NCBI GenBank assembly: GCA_964011795.1
Contig: CAXGQC010000001.1
Location: 1-51,810 of the forward strand
Length of the DNA stretch: 51,810 bases
Source: an uncultured bacterium
Lineage (GTDB): Bacteria > Chloroflexota > Dehalococcoidia > UBA2979
Direction: 5' to 3'
Under the pieces are notes generated by a model. The model was given only the letters and a program-made list of their open reading frames with translations, was not told the origin of the DNA and ran no database searches. Shown here piece by piece: positions 16,290 to 25,828 of this stretch (positions are counted from its first letter, which is position 1; each line of letters starts with the position of its first letter). The position numbers and the translations under genes were made by a program.

Positions 16290-17615
16290 GTGCCAAAGAG
16301 TATGAAGCGAGAACTACATCTAAATCTGTTCATCAACAGTCGTGGTCACCACGAAGCCTCTTGGAGGCATCCTGACGCATCTGAGCTGGACTTAACTGAC
16401 GTGCAGTATCTACAAGGATTGTCCCAGCGGGCCGAAGAAGGTCTGTTTGATTCGATATTCCTTGCCGATCAATTGTCGTTCAGGGGTGGTGGTGCTGCAC
16501 TCAGCCTTGAGCCCCTAACTGCTTTGGCTGCTTTGGCAGTCTCCACTACTCAAATTGGACTCATCGCCACGGCGTCAACCACATATACAGAGCCTTTCAA
16601 CCTCGTCCGCCAATTCGCCTCGCTTGACCACATTAGCAACGGTCGAATCGGCTGGAACATAGTCACGTCGTGGTCCGCTCCTGCTGCTAAAAATTATGGA
16701 TACGATGAGCAGCCGACGCATACAGATAGATATGCTCGTGCCGACGAGTTCATGAAAGTAGCAAAGAGTCTATGGGATAGCTGGTCAGATGATGCTGTCG
16801 CGGACGATCGAGCAGCCGGCACATATATTCACAAAAACCGAGTCCGACCGATAGACCATAGTGGTGACTATTATCGGGTCGAGGGGCCACTGAATGTTCC
16901 TCGTCCGCCACAAGGTTGGCCGGTCTTAGTACAGGCCGGATCGTCAGACACTGGCAGACAATTTGCGGCTGAACATGCTGAGGCAGTATTCACTGCCCAC
17001 ATGGAGAAATCTACTGCGAAGGCTTTTTATCATGATTTGAAGTCCTTGGTTCGAGCTCAGGGGCGAGACGAGAGTCAGTGTCTTATTTTGCCCGGATTGA
17101 GTCCGATCATCGCCTCGACTGAAGATGAAGCAAAACGATACAGTCAGGACCTCAATGAGCTGACAGATACCGATGAAGGATTAGCGCGACTCTCAGCCCG
17201 CTTTGGTGGCGCTGATTTTTCGCACCTCCCACTCGACACTCCGTTGTCCACTGATGATTTCCCAGATCCGTCGACAGTAGAGGCTGCGAGGAGCAGAACC
17301 GAGGTGATAACTGGCGTGGTTCGGACGGAAAAACCAACCCTCAGACAATTACTCGCGAAACTAGCCGGAGCTCGCGGCCATTATGTTGTGGCCGGAACTC
17401 CAGAAGATATAGCTGACTTAATTGAAGATTGGTTCACAGATGGTGTAGCCGATGGGATCAACTTAATGCCCCCGGTACTCCCTAAAATGCTGGATGTATT
17501 CATCGACGAGGTAGTTCCGCTACTACAAAAGAGAGGGATCTTCAGAACTGCATATCAAGGAACTACTCTCCGAGAACGCTACGGTTTACATAGGCCCGAT
17601 AATATTTTCAAATGA
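16290..17615 (+). CDS. luciferase-like flavin monooxygenase, NtaA/SnaA/DszA subfamily
   Basis: N-terminus LHLNLFINSRGHHEASWRHPDA, about 440 aa. The ATG at 16302 is probably the true start; 16290 is a GTG. Confidence 0.9.
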   Translation: MPKSMKRELHLNLFINSRGHHEASWRHPDASELDLTDVQYLQGLSQRAEEGLFDSIFLADQLSFRGGGAALSLEPLTALAALAVSTTQIGLIATASTTYTEPFNLVRQFASLDHISNGRIGWNIVTSWSAPAAKNYGYDEQPTHTDRYARADEFMKVAKSLWDSWSDDAVADDRAAGTYIHKNRVRPIDHSGDYYRVEGPLNVPRPPQGWPVLVQAGSSDTGRQFAAEHAEAVFTAHMEKSTAKAFYHDLKSLVRAQGRDESQCLILPGLSPIIASTEDEAKRYSQDLNELTDTDEGLARLSARFGGADFSHLPLDTPLSTDDFPDPSTVEAARSRTEVITGVVRTEKPTLRQLLAKLAGARGHYVVAGTPEDIADLIEDWFTDGVADGINLMPPVLPKMLDVFIDEVVPLLQKRGIFRTAYQGTTLRERYGLHRPDNIFK

Positions 17616-17886
17616 GCCAAAAGTGGCCGGATAGGAAGAAAAATAGGCGAACGTCTGCTGGCCGTCCTGCTCTATAAAATATAGTTGCTGCTCCATTCGC
17701 TGATTCGCCTCTATTACCTGTTTGAAGTAGTTGTCAGCTATCGGCGTACGATCACTTTGCTCGGTCATGAATCAATAATACTCTTTGCTCAAACTATTCA
17801 TGACTTCCCTCGTCAGGTATAGATTTTTTTATCACGATCCTCTAGGGTAAACAAATTAATAACGTGAATGCTTAGGAGTGTAATTT

Positions 17887-18288
17887 ATGACGAAAGTACT
17901 AAATCCAGTCATTTGGTTGTGGGTCTTTGCGATCCTAAATCTGGTCATGGGATCAGGACCAGCTTTGCTTGATGGCCAGTCCGTTGCTGAGATGGGCTGG
18001 GGTGAGGGAAATACTGGCGAACATGACGCAATGTACGAGACCTTGCTGGGAATAACGTTGGCCCTATTCTCCATACTTACTGCTGGAATTGCCCTTTTCA
18101 CGTCGGGTGCCGCCCGAGCTAAAATGACCGCTCTCGTGGGAATAAGTATGCTCGGATTAATGGTGGTCTGGCTCACATATGCCAACGCGGAAGGCTACGA
18201 CTTTGGCGGTCCAATGATTATTATTCCAATCGCACTGTTCAGTATGCTGACTCTAAGCGGACTAGCTAATCTCAAGAGTGCCGAGTAG
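17887..18288 (+). CDS. integral membrane protein (about 4 TM), unknown function
   Basis: AGGAG SD upstream. Hydrophobic segments throughout. 133 aa. Confidence 0.6.
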   Translation: MTKVLNPVIWLWVFAILNLVMGSGPALLDGQSVAEMGWGEGNTGEHDAMYETLLGITLALFSILTAGIALFTSGAARAKMTALVGISMLGLMVVWLTYANAEGYDFGGPMIIIPIALFSMLTLSGLANLKSAE

Positions 18289-18308
18289 AGCACTCGGGAA
18301 TTATTGTA

Positions 18309-18551
18309 GTGAAACTGACTGGGGTTAGACTTTCTGCCAGATATTTCGACTCGTCGTGGGCTCGGCGTAAAGCACGCCCAAGAAGGGGCTGGAAATTGGC
18401 AGGCGGTCTGGCATCGGCTGGTTTCATTTTTATTGTCGGCGGATTGGTCACCTATGTGATCCGGTCTGCGAGACTCGTGAGTCGGGTCATCAACCCGAAC
18501 ATCAGTAGTTCTAGTGAAAACTACTCCATCGAAAGGGTATCGTCCGAATGA
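18309..18551 (+). CDS. single-TM protein, unknown function (GTG start)
   Basis: 80 aa with an Arg-rich N-terminus followed by a TM segment. Its stop overlaps the RidA start (ATGA). Confidence 0.35.
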   Translation: MKLTGVRLSARYFDSSWARRKARPRRGWKLAGGLASAGFIFIVGGLVTYVIRSARLVSRVINPNISSSSENYSIERVSSE

Positions 18552-18940
18552 GCATTGAATTTATAAATCCCCCGAGTGCCCCACCGTCAGCTGGCGGATA
18601 TAGACAACTCGCCATTGTTCCATCTAATAGACGCCTTTTGGTTTTAGCGGGGCAAATCGGGAATACGATGGATGGAACAATCGTTGACGGGCTTGAACAA
18701 CAATATGAACAGGCTTTAGCGAATATCGTCGCCATCGTGGAATCAGAAGGAGGCACGTCCTCTGACGTTGCTCGAATTACAGTATTTTTGACTGAAAAGC
18801 CGGAGGGGTCCCGAAAAATTGGCGAGGCGAATGATAAATATTTCCCCAACGGACAGCCAGCAATGTCATGGATATACGTGGCTGGACTTTTTCGGCCTGA
18901 CGTGAAGGTAGAAATTGAAGCAATCGCTGCGGTGGATTAG
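18548..18940 (+). CDS. RidA/YjgF/L-PSP family protein
   Basis: 130 aa. Contains PPSAGGYRQ...AGQIG and the typical C-terminal beta strand ...VKVEIEAIA. Confidence 0.85.
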   Translation: MSIEFINPPSAPPSAGGYRQLAIVPSNRRLLVLAGQIGNTMDGTIVDGLEQQYEQALANIVAIVESEGGTSSDVARITVFLTEKPEGSRKIGEANDKYFPNGQPAMSWIYVAGLFRPDVKVEIEAIAAVD

Positions 18941-19017
18941 TCAGATTTAGCGACGTAAACCCGAACAGGTTATGCTTCCCTTCGTACCTATGTGATGTAT
19001 GTGAGGGAATAAAGATT

Positions 19018-21282
19018 ATGAGCACCACTGACTTCAAAGGGAAAATAGGAACTACTTTCTCGAACTCTACTCCTGACTGGCCAGAAGCACCTTCTTCCCA
19101 TGATGGAACCAGTCCAAACGTCTTGGTCGTACTTCTTGATGACACCGGCTTTGGAAACTTTGGTTGCTACGGATCGGTGATAGATACCCCGTATTTTGAC
19201 GAACTTGCTGCCGGTGGTCTTCGATATTCGAATTTCCACGTCACACCGCTCTGTTCCCCCACTCGGGCTTCATTGTTGACAGGAAGAAATCATCATGCGG
19301 TTGGCATGGGGAGTCTTGCAAATATGCACGACATTGGCTTCCCAAGCCGACGCGCTCTAGTTTCCCGCAACGCAGGCACTCTCGCTGAGATTTTGAGAGA
19401 GGAAGGATATTCCACCTATGCTCTGGGTAAATGGCATTTAAATCCGGCTGAGCATAATTCAGCGGCAGGCCCGAGGCACGGATGGCCTTTGCAACGTGGT
19501 TTCGATAGGTTCTATGGTTTTCTTCCTGGAGCCACTGACCAGTACTATCCTGAACTGACTCATGACAATCACCCCGTATTCCCTCCGAAAACGCCGGACG
19601 AGGGGTACCACGTGACTGATGACCTCGTCGATCACGCAATTGAATACATTAATGACCAAAAGTCGATCTATCCTGACACTCCGTTTTTCATGTACTTTGC
19701 TACAGGTGCCATGCACGAACCTCATCATGCCCCCAAGGACTATATAGATAAGTATCGTGGAAAGTTTGATGCAGGCTGGGATGTGATTCGTGAAGAATAC
19801 TTCCGCCGACAAAAAGAATTAGGCGTCATACCCAGTGACACAGTCCTCCCGCCTCGGAATCCTGGGGTCAAACCATGGGATGAACTAGAAGATAAAGAAA
19901 AAACTTTCATGTGCCGCCTACAGGAAACATGGGCTGGATTCCTCGAGCATACAGATAGACAAATTGGACGTATTGTCGACCATTTGAAATCAATCGATCA
20001 GTTTGATAACACCATAATCGTCCTGACAGCAGACAACGGAACCAGCCAGGGAGGCGGACCGACAGGTGTCATGTATCTCGGGTCAGGAGGTGGATTGAGT
20101 GCATTGAATGACGGCCGTGCCGCAATTGAGGCTCGAGGTCGAAAACTCAATGAAGAAAATATGGATGAAATGGCTGAAGTTATGGACGATATCGGAGGGC
20201 CAAAAAGTTTCACAGATATCCCATGGGGCTGGTCACAAGTAGGCAACACACCACTTCGGTGGTACAAGCAGGACACTCACGGAGGAGGTGTGAGAGTACC
20301 GATGATTGTGCACCATCCGGAGTCTATCAAAACTGGTGGATCTGTCCGAAATCAATTCCACCATGTGTCTGATATCACGCCAACAATTCTAGATATGCTC
20401 GATATAACTCCGATGGATAGTTACAACGGGCACGCGCAACTTCCTATCACTGGAACGAGTTTCAGATATACCTACGAAAATCCCGACCAGCCATCCCAAA
20501 AGGGTGTGCAGTATTTTGAAATGATTGGACATCGAGGCATATGGCATGATGGCTGGAAAGCAGTGACACGTCACGCACCAGGTGCCTCCTATGACGACGA
20601 TGTCTGGGAGTTATACAACCTAGCTGAAGATTTTTCAGAAATGAATAATCTGGCCGAATCTGAACCTGAACGTTTGAGAGAACTCATAGACCTTTGGTGG
20701 ATCGAGGCCGGTAAAAATAATGTCCTGCCACTGGCAGATCGCACAATTCAGTCAGGAGGAAGTAGCCCCCACCCAGGCGCATATCACGAAAGTCTTCGAT
20801 ATCGGTTCACGCCGCCGATTTCGCATATTCCGAGTTCGCTAGCTCCGCAGATAGGACGAGGGAATTGGCAAGTTGACGCCAGTATCCAAATATCAGGAGA
20901 TGATTCGGAAGGCGTTATTTATTCACAGGGGTCAGTGATTGATGGTTTTTCGCTCTACATCAAGGATAAGCAAATATGTTTCGCTCATAGCGCTTTAGGA
21001 AAAGGTATGTCGGTGTCTTCTCCTTTCAAGCTAGAGCCAGGACCGATGCAAGTTTCAGTCAGATTTGAATACGCAGAGCGGGGCCGTGGAGGTACGGCAA
21101 CTATCATGGTCGATGGAGAACCACTCGAGAGCTTAACAGTCCCGATCAATCGCAATGCTCAAAAAAATGGTGCCGATATCGGGAAAGATATTCTGTCTCC
21201 TGTCACTGATAACTATTCAGCTCCATTCGCATTCACTGATGTGATTCATTCAGTTGAAGTTGTCATAGATCCTAGGAAGTAA
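19018..21282 (+). CDS. arylsulfatase (formylglycine-dependent, long AtsA-like form), no signal peptide
   Basis: Contains LLDDTGFG and the FGly motif CSPTRASLLTGR, also GKWHL and TADNG. 754 aa. Confidence 0.9.
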   Translation: MSTTDFKGKIGTTFSNSTPDWPEAPSSHDGTSPNVLVVLLDDTGFGNFGCYGSVIDTPYFDELAAGGLRYSNFHVTPLCSPTRASLLTGRNHHAVGMGSLANMHDIGFPSRRALVSRNAGTLAEILREEGYSTYALGKWHLNPAEHNSAAGPRHGWPLQRGFDRFYGFLPGATDQYYPELTHDNHPVFPPKTPDEGYHVTDDLVDHAIEYINDQKSIYPDTPFFMYFATGAMHEPHHAPKDYIDKYRGKFDAGWDVIREEYFRRQKELGVIPSDTVLPPRNPGVKPWDELEDKEKTFMCRLQETWAGFLEHTDRQIGRIVDHLKSIDQFDNTIIVLTADNGTSQGGGPTGVMYLGSGGGLSALNDGRAAIEARGRKLNEENMDEMAEVMDDIGGPKSFTDIPWGWSQVGNTPLRWYKQDTHGGGVRVPMIVHHPESIKTGGSVRNQFHHVSDITPTILDMLDITPMDSYNGHAQLPITGTSFRYTYENPDQPSQKGVQYFEMIGHRGIWHDGWKAVTRHAPGASYDDDVWELYNLAEDFSEMNNLAESEPERLRELIDLWWIEAGKNNVLPLADRTIQSGGSSPHPGAYHESLRYRFTPPISHIPSSLAPQIGRGNWQVDASIQISGDDSEGVIYSQGSVIDGFSLYIKDKQICFAHSALGKGMSVSSPFKLEPGPMQVSVRFEYAERGRGGTATIMVDGEPLESLTVPINRNAQKNGADIGKDILSPVTDNYSAPFAFTDVIHSVEVVIDPRK

Positions 21283-21320
21283 TAACTGGTTCAATCCAAG
21301 TGAACCAGGAAGGAATTCGA

Positions 21321-22115
21321 ATGCCAGAGCTCGACGTCAGAAAAACCGACCGCAAACTAGAGATAGTGTTGAATCGTCCAGCTGAAGAGAACCGATTGAC
21401 GTACAGCATGATGATGCTAATAAGAGACACCGTCATCGAGTCTCAGAATGATGCTGATATACGCGCCGTGGTATTCAGAGGGGAGGGTACACACTTTTGT
21501 GAGGGAGAAAGTCGGCAAGACCTCGGTGAGTGGCCCACAGAGTTCGCTGGAAGAGCCCCGGGAGGTGAACACGGCGCTCCGCCGCTTCCACAACAAGCAA
21601 TGATTAGCGCAGTGCGTTCTTGTTCGAAACCAACTATCGCTCTACTGACGGGTCATACTTCGGGAATCGGACTTGATCTTGCGTGTGCATCCGACCACAG
21701 GCTGGCGTCAAAAAGTGCCGTCCTGTCAGACGGTAGAGTGAAAGAGGCCTCTCACGTTGCTACAGGCATAACCCATATGCTTCCACGGCTAATTGGGCTA
21801 TCACAAGCTACTCGACTCATTCTGCTTGGGGATAAATTGCCGGCGGAGGAAGCTCTCAGTATGGGACTGGTTCATGAAGTTTATTCAGACAAGGACTTTG
21901 AAAAGCAGACCAAGGAATTTATAGATACTATTGCTCGTCTCGCGACACGATCGTATTCGATAATCAAAGAACAAACCATCGAACAGCTAGATATGCCGTA
22001 TGAATGGGCACTCAAACATTCGCTAGCTGTTAGACAAACAAATGTGATCGAAGATCGGATGGAAGCTGCCGATGCATTTCGCGAAAAACGCGATCCGGAA
22101 TTTTCAGGAAGATAA
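21321..22115 (+). CDS. enoyl-CoA hydratase/isomerase family protein
   Basis: Crotonase fold (VVFRGEGTHFCEG..., C-terminal AFREKRDPEF). GGAAGGA SD before the ATG at 21321. Confidence 0.85.
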   Translation: MPELDVRKTDRKLEIVLNRPAEENRLTYSMMMLIRDTVIESQNDADIRAVVFRGEGTHFCEGESRQDLGEWPTEFAGRAPGGEHGAPPLPQQAMISAVRSCSKPTIALLTGHTSGIGLDLACASDHRLASKSAVLSDGRVKEASHVATGITHMLPRLIGLSQATRLILLGDKLPAEEALSMGLVHEVYSDKDFEKQTKEFIDTIARLATRSYSIIKEQTIEQLDMPYEWALKHSLAVRQTNVIEDRMEAADAFREKRDPEFSGR

Positions 22116-22126
22116 AGGTATTAAAC

Positions 22127-22855
22127 ATGTCTGAAGGTACCGAACCCCTTGTCTTCGACGACCGTGAAATCGAAGGACTACGCCACATTCGGCTGAACAA
22201 CCCGAAAAAACTCAATGTGCTTAGTTCAGACCAGCAGGAGCAGATAATAGAGGCAATCTTACAAGCCCGCGACGACACCGCAGTTCGTTGCCTCGCATTC
22301 AGTGGCGAGGGTCGGGCATTTTGCGCCGGAAACGATATCGTCGGACCATCAAAACCTCTATCACAATACAGCCAACACCAAGTCAAATTACAGATTGGTT
22401 CAGGTCCTATTGGCCTCCACAAGCTGATAACTACTATTAAGGATTTTCCAAAACCAACAGTGGTGCTTATGCAGGGTTTCGCACTCGGTGCCGGATATGA
22501 TCTCGCAACTTCTTGCGATATTCGGGTCGCTACGACCGACTGTAAAATTGGCGATCCACGAGTCCATCGGGCACTTTGGGCGGCCGAGGGTTGGTCATAT
22601 AAAATCACCAGACTTATCCCTCAGGCACACGCGGCGACTATGCATTTCCGTGGCGAACTACTCACGGGACTCAGAGCCCGTGAAATTGGCCTCGTGCACA
22701 GGATCTATAACTCCGACACCGACCTATTAGAGCAGTCAGCAGATCTCCTGAAATATCTTGTGGCACTACCTACTGACTCCTTTGCCGATGCAAAGAGACT
22801 TCTACACATGAATCTTGATCGAAGATTCGCAGACAGCATGGGCACCAGTATTTAA
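22127..22855 (+). CDS. enoyl-CoA hydratase/isomerase family protein
   Basis: Contains AFSGEGRAFCAGNDI and VVLMQGFALGAGYDL. Confidence 0.85.
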   Translation: MSEGTEPLVFDDREIEGLRHIRLNNPKKLNVLSSDQQEQIIEAILQARDDTAVRCLAFSGEGRAFCAGNDIVGPSKPLSQYSQHQVKLQIGSGPIGLHKLITTIKDFPKPTVVLMQGFALGAGYDLATSCDIRVATTDCKIGDPRVHRALWAAEGWSYKITRLIPQAHAATMHFRGELLTGLRAREIGLVHRIYNSDTDLLEQSADLLKYLVALPTDSFADAKRLLHMNLDRRFADSMGTSI

Positions 22856-22928
22856 CCCCCGTCACTTAACATAAAATGCAAGGGACATTCTTCGTTCGGA
22901 AAACATTATTTGAATTAAGTGGTGAGAA

Positions 22929-23372
22929 ATGAAACTCCATGGACCGTGGTCTTCTGAAGAGATACAACGTTTCCTAAAAGAGACTACTATCCCTATGCAA
23001 ATAGCAGTGAACGATACGAACACAAACCCGTTACTAATATCTCTGTGGTTCATATCTGATGGCCTATCACTATGGTGCGCGACCCAAAACAGTGCGAAAA
23101 TCCTTAGCCACCTGCAATCTCACCCCGTGTGTGGATTTCAGATATCACCTGAAACAATGCCTTACAGAGGGGTCCGTGGGCAGGCAAAAGTTACACTGTC
23201 GGATGATGACGGGCCCCGCATCCTGGAAACTCTCGTCGACAAATATATCGCTGAACAAGAATCCGACTTCAGTCGATGGCTGTTGGCACGGAAAGATACA
23301 GAAATCGCCATAAAATTGGAACCGCTCAAGATAACTTCATGGGACTACAGTGCAAGAATGAAAAAAAAATAG
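22929..23372 (+). CDS. pyridoxamine 5'-phosphate oxidase-like (FMN/F420 split-barrel) protein
   Basis: 147 aa. Split-barrel pattern ...MQIAVNDTNTNPLLISLWF...YRGVRGQAKV. Confidence 0.65.
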   Translation: MKLHGPWSSEEIQRFLKETTIPMQIAVNDTNTNPLLISLWFISDGLSLWCATQNSAKILSHLQSHPVCGFQISPETMPYRGVRGQAKVTLSDDDGPRILETLVDKYIAEQESDFSRWLLARKDTEIAIKLEPLKITSWDYSARMKKK

Positions 23373-23385
23373 TTGGGAATGATAT

Positions 23386-23808
23386 ATGAAAACAGTTAGT
23401 AACGCCGTCGGTGAATTTTTAAAGCGTCCTTTAGTCAGCACCCTTGCGACAATCGACGAAGATGGCTCGCCGAGAACACGAGCGATCTGGCATGACTGGA
23501 GCGAACAGGGACTGCTACTTTTCACTTCGACCAAATCGCCAAAGTGGAAAAACATCGAAATAGATAATCGAGTGTCTCTATGTGTTGATGATCCAGAACC
23601 ACCTTACAAATCGGTGATTATTGACGGTCACGCTGTAAGAAAATCCGGTGAAGAGGATCTCCTGTACCCAATAGTCCTCAAAATGGCAAAAAAATATTAT
23701 GGCGAAACCGAAGGCAGAAACTTCGCAAATTCGTACCAAAACATGACACCTGCTGATGTGGCACTCTTCGAAATTGTCATAGACCGCATAACAACACAGG
23801 AAATTTAA
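23386..23808 (+). CDS. PPOX-class (FMN/F420-dependent) split-barrel protein
   Basis: Contains LVSTLATIDEDGSPRTRAIW...KWKNIEIDNRVSLCVDD...VIIDGHA. Confidence 0.8.
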   Translation: MKTVSNAVGEFLKRPLVSTLATIDEDGSPRTRAIWHDWSEQGLLLFTSTKSPKWKNIEIDNRVSLCVDDPEPPYKSVIIDGHAVRKSGEEDLLYPIVLKMAKKYYGETEGRNFANSYQNMTPADVALFEIVIDRITTQEI

Positions 23809-23861
23809 GGGTTCGGATAACCGCTAGTAGCCTGAGAATATTTTTAGTGAATATTAGCCCG

Positions 23862-24026
23862 CTACTTATTCCTGCCACCGAACCGTACAGGGATAAATGC
23901 GATGGCGCCGGTAATAACAGCTGCAGCGAGACCAGTACCCACCGCCAGCCAGAGGTTATCGATGAAGACAGCAGACACCAAGCCCACCAACCCACCAATA
24001 ATCAACGCGAAGATTAGTTCACCCAT
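23862..24026 (-). CDS. mini-ORF, 54 aa two-TM peptide (MGELIFALIIGGLVGLVSAVFIDNLWLAVGTGLAAAVITGAIAFIPVRFGGRNK)
   Basis: Hand-translated. It is in a different frame from the track ORF 23777..23998, and its composition is more membrane-like. Confidence 0.35.
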   Translation of the reverse strand: MGELIFALIIGGLVGLVSAVFIDNLWLAVGTGLAAAVITGAIAFIPVRFGGRNK

Positions 24027-24141
24027 GGGTTCATACTAAACTCAGGGGTACTTGGGGGCGAGCATCACCTCCTGTCTCACCCACCATTAGCTTCTAGAAC
24101 TAAATATAATTGCCGTTACAGTCTGTAAGGAGTGCCTCTCA

Positions 24142-24534
24142 ATGCCTTCGTCCCCTGAAACAGAAGCCACCCGTGCAATAGAGGACTACATGCGAGCACT
24201 GAATAATCGAGATGATTCTCATTTACTTGATCTGCTGCACCTTCCCCACATTCGCATATCTGGAGCAGGCGTGAAAATATATACGAGTCGCAAGCAACTC
24301 GAAGAGGAGTATCTGGCAGAGTTCCATGAGCGTGCCGGGACAGAGTGGGACCACACCGATCTTGACTCGGTTGAGGTATTGCATATCTCCGAACAGAAAG
24401 TGCACCTATTTATTCAATGGACTAGACGTCGAAATGATGAGACCGCAATCACGACACAACAGGCACTATGGGTCATGACAGAAATCGACGGGATTTGGGG
24501 TGCTCAGGCCAGATCTAGCTTTGCGCCAGCATGA
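24142..24534 (+). CDS. NTF2/SnoaL-like protein
   Basis: AAGGAG SD upstream, 130 aa. Contains AIEDYMRALNNRD...IWG, an NTF2-like pattern. Confidence 0.6.
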   Translation: MPSSPETEATRAIEDYMRALNNRDDSHLLDLLHLPHIRISGAGVKIYTSRKQLEEEYLAEFHERAGTEWDHTDLDSVEVLHISEQKVHLFIQWTRRRNDETAITTQQALWVMTEIDGIWGAQARSSFAPA

Positions 24535-24613
24535 AATCGATTAAGCTCCGCTACTCATCAGAAACTAGAAAAACTTGACCATGCTCATTATCCTTCCCTG
24601 ACAGGAAGAGTTT

Positions 24614-25828
24614 ATGGAAACAGTTGGGCCATTAGCGGGACTACGTGTCCTCGAAATCGGAGACTTTATATCGGTCGGCTATGCGGGCAAGTTACTCGCT
24701 GATCTTGGTGCCGATGTTATAAAAATTGAAGACCCTATCGATGGCGATTCTGTTCGCGGTCATGGACCATTTCCAGATGATATTGTGCACCTTGAAAAAA
24801 GTGGACTACATCTTTTCCTCAATACGAATAAGAAAAGTCTGACACTTGACTATATGTCCGTCAAAGGGAGACAGATACTAGATAAGCTCATACCGCACAC
24901 AGACCTGATCATCAGCAATAATACTCATCAGGAGATACAGGATTACTCCCTCGACTATGCGTCACTGTCGCGAAACAACCCGCAACTGAGCGTCAGTTCT
25001 ATCACTGTCTTTGGATACGACACGCCCTATAGGGACTGGCTTGGCACCGCGCTGACTGCTACAGCTGCTTCGGGAGCTCCAACGAAAATAGGACATCCCG
25101 AAAAAGCTCCCTTATGGCTCCCTTACTGCGCGGCAGACTTTCATGGTGGGGTGCACGGGGCTATCGCGGCTTTATTGGCATTGAGGATGGGGAAAATATC
25201 TGGTCAGGGCCATCACGCGTGGATCTCTACTGTCGAAGTCATCGCAAGTTACTTAAATGGCTCTGGCGTGCCGCACTTCGTCTTCAATGGTGGACTGGCA
25301 TCCCGTGACGGTACGCACCGGAGTGGATTCTACCCGTGGCAGGTTGTACCGGCCGCTGACGGTTACATGGAAGTAATCACTATGGTTGATGATCAGTGGA
25401 ACCGATTTACCAAACTGATGGGAAATCCAGACTGGGCAAAAGACGAGCGTCTTCGAGACCGCTGGACATCGTTTGAATGGCATGAAGAGCTAGACGCATA
25501 TTGGCACCCTTGGCTGAAAGAAAGAACGCGTGAAGAATTATTTGAAATTTTCTCGGAGCATAGAATCCCATTCCAGCCGGTTAATCGCATCGATGAGGTA
25601 GTAGCGAGTGAGCACCTTGAAACGCGTGATTTCTGGCAGACGGTCGAGCACCCCGTGATGGGAACATACACAACACTTGGGGCGCCCTATAAATTCTCAG
25701 AAACACCATGGCACATATATCGACCAGCGCCTCTATTAGGGCAGCACAACCAAGAAATTCTTACGAATCTAGTGGGTCTATCTGAATACGAACAGGAGAG
25801 ATTAAGAGACAGTGGAGTAATCGTATGA
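24614..25828 (+). CDS. family III CoA-transferase (alpha-type of pair 1)
   Basis: Contains LRVLEIGDFISVGYAGKLLADLGADVIKIEDP and LNTNKKSLTLD. Confidence 0.9.
   Translation: METVGPLAGLRVLEIGDFISVGYAGKLLADLGADVIKIEDPIDGDSVRGHGPFPDDIVHLEKSGLHLFLNTNKKSLTLDYMSVKGRQILDKLIPHTDLIISNNTHQEIQDYSLDYASLSRNNPQLSVSSITVFGYDTPYRDWLGTALTATAASGAPTKIGHPEKAPLWLPYCAADFHGGVHGAIAALLALRMGKISGQGHHAWISTVEVIASYLNGSGVPHFVFNGGLASRDGTHRSGFYPWQVVPAADGYMEVITMVDDQWNRFTKLMGNPDWAKDERLRDRWTSFEWHEELDAYWHPWLKERTREELFEIFSEHRIPFQPVNRIDEVVASEHLETRDFWQTVEHPVMGTYTTLGAPYKFSETPWHIYRPAPLLGQHNQEILTNLVGLSEYEQERLRDSGVIV

Noticed and set aside
17586-17768. 60-aa minus-strand ORF overlapping the 3' end of the monooxygenase gene by 30 nt
   Set aside because: It is a convergent 30-nt coding overlap with a weak SD and no motif. 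Possibly real, but unsupported.
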